Origin: Alphaproteobacteria bacterium
GTDB lineage: Bacteria; Pseudomonadota; Alphaproteobacteria; MPNO01
Reading direction: 5' to 3'
Length of the DNA: 64,000 bases
Assembly (NCBI GenBank): GCA_964291675.2
Contig: OZ219866.1
Coordinates: forward strand, 2,944,001 to 3,008,000
The notes beneath the pieces are model-generated. The model was not told the origin of the DNA and did no database searches. It worked only from the letters and a program-made list of their open reading frames with translations. Positions 60,610 through 64,000 of the stretch are shown here, in pieces (positions within the stretch are counted from its first letter, which is position 1; each line of letters starts with the position of its first letter). The translations under genes were made by a program, and so were the position numbers.

Positions 60610-62162
60610 CAGATCAGTCCTCGCCCGGTTTCGAGCTGAAAGGTCAGCGTTTCCCATTCGAGTTCGTCGCTGGTCTCGGAGGTGAGCCTCGCGCCCAGCG
60701 CGTAGCCGAGCCCGTCGGCGGCGCGCCATTCGGCGATCGTCGTCTGCTCGCCGCCCTGCCAGACCAGGTCGCCCCAGATCTCCCAGACCGTATCGGCGCC
60801 CTCCCAGCCGTCGCCCGCCGGGCCGAAGCCGGTGACCACGGCCGGCGCGCCGGCGCTGCGGAAATCGGCCAGCGCGGCGAGCCCGATCCGCGCCTCCGCC
60901 TTGCCGCGCAGCACCGGGCGCAGGCAGATGCAGCGCTTCATCAGGTCGCGCCGGCCGAAGGCGTTGAACGCGGTCTGCGCATCGCCGGCGATGGTCCTGC
61001 CCGCGTCGGTGGTGCCGCCGATCCGGTTGACCGTCCCCGAGGCGGCGCCGAAATGGGCGTTCTCGTCCCACACCGCCCAGGCATGGGCGTCGATCCCGGT
61101 CCAGCGCGCCCAGGCGCCGGTCCGCGTGTCCATCACGTATTGCTCGAACCGGCCGCCGCCGAGCGGGGCGTTGACGATGGCCCGCCCGGCCCGCGCATGC
61201 ACCACGACCTGCCAGCCGGCGTTGGGCCCGTGGCGCCGCACCGCCTCGACCAGGGTCGGGCGGATCTTGTCGGACACCACCCCGCTGGGGGTGAGCGAGC
61301 CCTCGCTGACCAGCCGGGCGATCGAGATCAGCCCTTCCGAGGTCAGCACCACCAGATCGGAGCCGCGCCGGGCCACGCCGCGCACGTCGACCGGGGCGCC
61401 GGCGCGGAACACGCCGACCAGGCGCCAGTCGGAGCCCGGGTCGTCGCCGCGATAGACCACGATGTCGCCGGACGACATGCAGAACACCGCGAGGTCCTCG
61501 CCGATGCCGCCGCCGCCCCAGACGTCTGACCCGCCCTCGACGTTCCACGAGCCCATGCAGACCAGGTTGCCGCCGAACTGGCCGACCCGGGACAGCGGGA
61601 AGCGCGCCAGGCTTCCGCCCAGCGCGTCGGTCTCCGAGTACCAGAAATCCTGGCTGTCGCGCTCGAAGAAATAGGTGCGCGAGCGGTGGGTCATGATGCC
61701 GAGCAGCCGTTGCGGCGCCAGCCCGTCGCCCGAGACCGTCATCGCCGCGACGGCGCGGCCGTCGAAGATCTGCGGCGCGTCGGTGCCGTTGACCAGACCC
61801 ATGCGGCCGTTGAAGCTGACGCCCTGCCAGCGGTTCTCCGCGAAACCGGTCGCCAGCCGGGCCGGCGCGCCGGAGATCTCGTAGATGCCGCCATCGGCCG
61901 CCGCGACGGTCTTGCGCACGCTGCCGGCGTGGAACGCGGCCAGGGTCTCGACCGGCCCCGAAGCGAAGCCCGACACCAGCGGCTGGAAGCCCTCGCGCAC
62001 CGCGAGCGCGGCGATCCCCGGGTTCCAGTTGTCCAGCCTCACCGCGTCGGTGGGCGGCATCAGGTTGAGCGAATCGCGGGTGTTCAGCCCGCCCACCGGG
62101 GCCGGCACGGTGACCGTCATGGTGGCGGCGCGGCGCCGCCTGGCGCGCCGTCGCCTCAGCAT
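60609..62162 (-). CDS. Podovirus tail nozzle/DNA-stabilisation protein (P22 gp10-like)
   Basis: PAPVGGLNTRD N-terminus, beta-propeller-like body, follows the adaptor gene; start may be 62120. Confidence 0.75.
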   Translation of the reverse strand: MLRRRRARRRRAATMTVTVPAPVGGLNTRDSLNLMPPTDAVRLDNWNPGIAALAVREGFQPLVSGFASGPVETLAAFHAGSVRKTVAAADGGIYEISGAPARLATGFAENRWQGVSFNGRMGLVNGTDAPQIFDGRAVAAMTVSGDGLAPQRLLGIMTHRSRTYFFERDSQDFWYSETDALGGSLARFPLSRVGQFGGNLVCMGSWNVEGGSDVWGGGGIGEDLAVFCMSSGDIVVYRGDDPGSDWRLVGVFRAGAPVDVRGVARRGSDLVVLTSEGLISIARLVSEGSLTPSGVVSDKIRPTLVEAVRRHGPNAGWQVVVHARAGRAIVNAPLGGGRFEQYVMDTRTGAWARWTGIDAHAWAVWDENAHFGAASGTVNRIGGTTDAGRTIAGDAQTAFNAFGRRDLMKRCICLRPVLRGKAEARIGLAALADFRSAGAPAVVTGFGPAGDGWEGADTVWEIWGDLVWQGGEQTTIAEWRAADGLGYALGARLTSETSDELEWETLTFQLETGRGLI

Positions 62163-62872
62163 CGGCCGGACCCCGGGAAGCCGCCATCCGGCAGGGCGGC
62201 GGCGAGCGCGGCGGGCGCGGCGCCGTCCAGCCGCAGCGTGGGCCGCCCGCCGTCGCGCGCGATCGCGCGGGCGAGCACCGAGAGGTACTCGTTGAGGTCG
62301 TCGTCATAGGCCAGCCCCACGGCCTTCTTGAAACGCCATTTCACCCCCATGGCGGCGATCTCCTCGGACAGGGCGAAGCGGTCGTCGTCGGCCTCCCAGC
62401 CGCGCCGCCTGGCGCCCGAGGCGGCGATCACGATGTCCGCCGTGACGTATTCGAAGGCAAGCTCGCCGCCCGCCCGGGCGGGCGCCGGGTAGAGGTGGAA
62501 GCCGCCGCCGTGGATGCGGAAGCAGCGACCCACGCCCCCGGCTCCGCCGCGCGCGGCCAGCAGCGCCTGCCATTGCGGGCCGGACAGCGGGCCGTCGAGC
62601 CGCCGCCCGGCGGTCCGGTCCCAGGCGGTGCCGTCGACGATATGGCCGAAATCCGCGGGCAGGCCGTCCGGCTGCGCGGTCGCGGCGGCGGCGGCGAAGA
62701 CGTGCTCGCGCACCAGCGCGGTCCACTCCGCGGCCCCGGACATCGAGAAGATCTCCTGGCGCGCGGCGGCGAGCAGGCGGATCGCGGCGGTCTCCGGGTT
62801 GCCGGTGACCGCGGCGGGCGGCGCCACCCCGGCCTCGGCGGCGGCTTCGCGGCAGATATCGAGCAGGCTCAT
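62156..62872 (-). CDS. Head-tail adaptor/tail tubular protein
   Basis: MSLLDICREAA, LPADF, WDRT, GPLSGPQWQ, FEYV, GVKWRF pattern. Confidence 0.7.
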   Translation of the reverse strand: MSLLDICREAAAEAGVAPPAAVTGNPETAAIRLLAAARQEIFSMSGAAEWTALVREHVFAAAAATAQPDGLPADFGHIVDGTAWDRTAGRRLDGPLSGPQWQALLAARGGAGGVGRCFRIHGGGFHLYPAPARAGGELAFEYVTADIVIAASGARRRGWEADDDRFALSEEIAAMGVKWRFKKAVGLAYDDDLNEYLSVLARAIARDGGRPTLRLDGAAPAALAAALPDGGFPGSGRC

Positions 62873-63447
62873 CGGCGGCGCTCCCGCCTTCCCTGCCCGG
62901 CCTGGCGCAGCCGCGCGTTGTCGCCCTCCAGCCGCGCGACCTCGCGCTTGAGGCGGGCGATCTCGGCGCGCAGCGCCGTCTCGGTCTCGGTCTGCGGCTG
63001 CAGGAACTGGCGCGCGCGCTCGGCGAGGGCGGCGGCGGTCTCGCCGATCCGCTCGCGCAGCGCCTCGTCGGCGCCGGCCACCTGCTCGACGGTGAACACT
63101 TCCAGCGCCTTGAGCTCGGCCACCCCCGCCACGGTGAGATAGGGCCAGTGCTCGATCGGCGTGCCGGACGGGCGCTCGCGCCTGGCCTCGAAGGCGGCCC
63201 AGCGGCCGGGCCAGCGCGCGCGGTCGGCATCCGAGGCGCGGCGGTCGACGACGCTGTTGCGGTCGCCCGGCACCAGCACGCGGACATAGGCGATCTCGTC
63301 GAACACCGGCCGGCCGCGCTCCTCGCTGCGCGCCGGGTTCCGCACCGCGCGCATGTAGAAATGCGGGATGCAGTCGTCGCGCCCGCCATTCTGCTGCTCG
63401 GCGGCGAAATTCTCCCAGTAGCCGGAATCGTCGGGAACCGGTTGCAT
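62869..63447 (-). CDS. Conserved phage hypothetical protein
   Basis: GRPVFDE...PGD...RWP...GTPIEHWP...TVEQVA pattern recalled from podovirus-like morphogenesis clusters; RBS aaagga. Confidence 0.7.
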   Translation of the reverse strand: MQPVPDDSGYWENFAAEQQNGGRDDCIPHFYMRAVRNPARSEERGRPVFDEIAYVRVLVPGDRNSVVDRRASDADRARWPGRWAAFEARRERPSGTPIEHWPYLTVAGVAELKALEVFTVEQVAGADEALRERIGETAAALAERARQFLQPQTETETALRAEIARLKREVARLEGDNARLRQAGQGRRERRR

Positions 63448-63485
63448 GGCTCGTCCTTTCTGGTTGGTGGGGGCCTGCCCCCTTC

Positions 63486-63816
63486 CGTCATGCCCGGCTC
63501 CCGGAACGAGTCCGGCGGCCGGGCATCTCGCTCCACCGGGCGCGGTGCCGGCGGCGCCCATGGGTGCCCGCTTCCCCCGCCCCCCTCCCCCCCGCCCCCT
63601 CGTCATGGCCGGACTTGATCCGGCCACCCATGCGCGGACTTGATCCGCGCAACCACTGGCGCCACCGGTACAACGCCCCGTCGGGAGGGGCGGCGGCGCC
63701 CTCCCTTCCGTCATGCCCGGCCCCCGGAACGAGTCCGGGGGCCGGGCATCTCCCTCCACCGGGCGCAGTGCCGGCGGCAGGCCCGGTGGATGGCCGGAAC
63801 GAGTCCGGCCATGACG
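63486..63816. repeat. REP/REPIN cluster
   Basis: cgtcatgcccgg and cgtcatggccgg palindromes; REPIN copy from 63601. Confidence 0.88.
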
Positions 63817-63835
63817 ATGGGGGCGGGCAGGGCGC

Positions 63836-63941
63836 GTCCTTCGATACGCCGCTTCGCGGCTACTCAGGATGAGGGAAAGTCTCTTGGTCCAACAAAAGAC
63901 CCTCATCCCGAGTAGGCCCCGCAGGGGCCGTATCGAGGGAC
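63836..63941. repeat. MITE/REP-like palindromic element
   Basis: Terminal inverted repeat gtccttcgatacg...cgtatcgagggac; internal tactcaggatgaggg/ccctcatcccgagta. Confidence 0.8.
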
Positions 63942-64000
63942 TACCCCGCCCGCGGGTGGGCGACGATGGCCGGGCGGGCGGCGGCGGCGCTGCCGGCGGC
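63941..64000 (-). CDS. 3' end of a probable upstream phage gene
   Basis: Open frame ...AAGSAAAARPAIVAHPRAG* entering from the window edge. Confidence 0.4.
   Translation of the reverse strand, partial: AAGSAAAARPAIVAHPRAG

Noticed and set aside
63488-63673. Recurrent MYRWRQWLRGSSPRMGGRIKSGHD peptide ORF
   Set aside because: Translation of the REPIN repeat; the surrounding frame differs between copies.

Overview
High-GC alphaproteobacterial chromosome segment; gene order suggests a Rhodospirillales-like host. Positions 1-34.9 kb are mostly core genes: accC-accB-aroQ, ornithine decarboxylase, DsbA and M48 protease, rne, amiC, PBP1A, frameshifted prfB, bcp, glnE, tyrS, anmK, cysteine desulfurase-fdx-mnmA and tRNA-Met. 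One insertion here encodes a single-chain triple-RidA protein. After the tRNA the region is accessory: catabolic genes, three tandem CCDC90/DUF1640-like paralogs, a metzincin/TbpB-barrel lipoprotein, an ABC transporter, many intact and decaying toxin-antitoxin modules, and dense CGTC-type REP/REPIN palindromes. Two IS110-family elements are inserted in these repeats, and candidate bridge/seek RNA guides matching their own target and donor junctions can be read in their non-coding ends. A compact podovirus-like tail module runs off the right edge. All calls come from reading the sequence by eye; no searches or folding programs were run.
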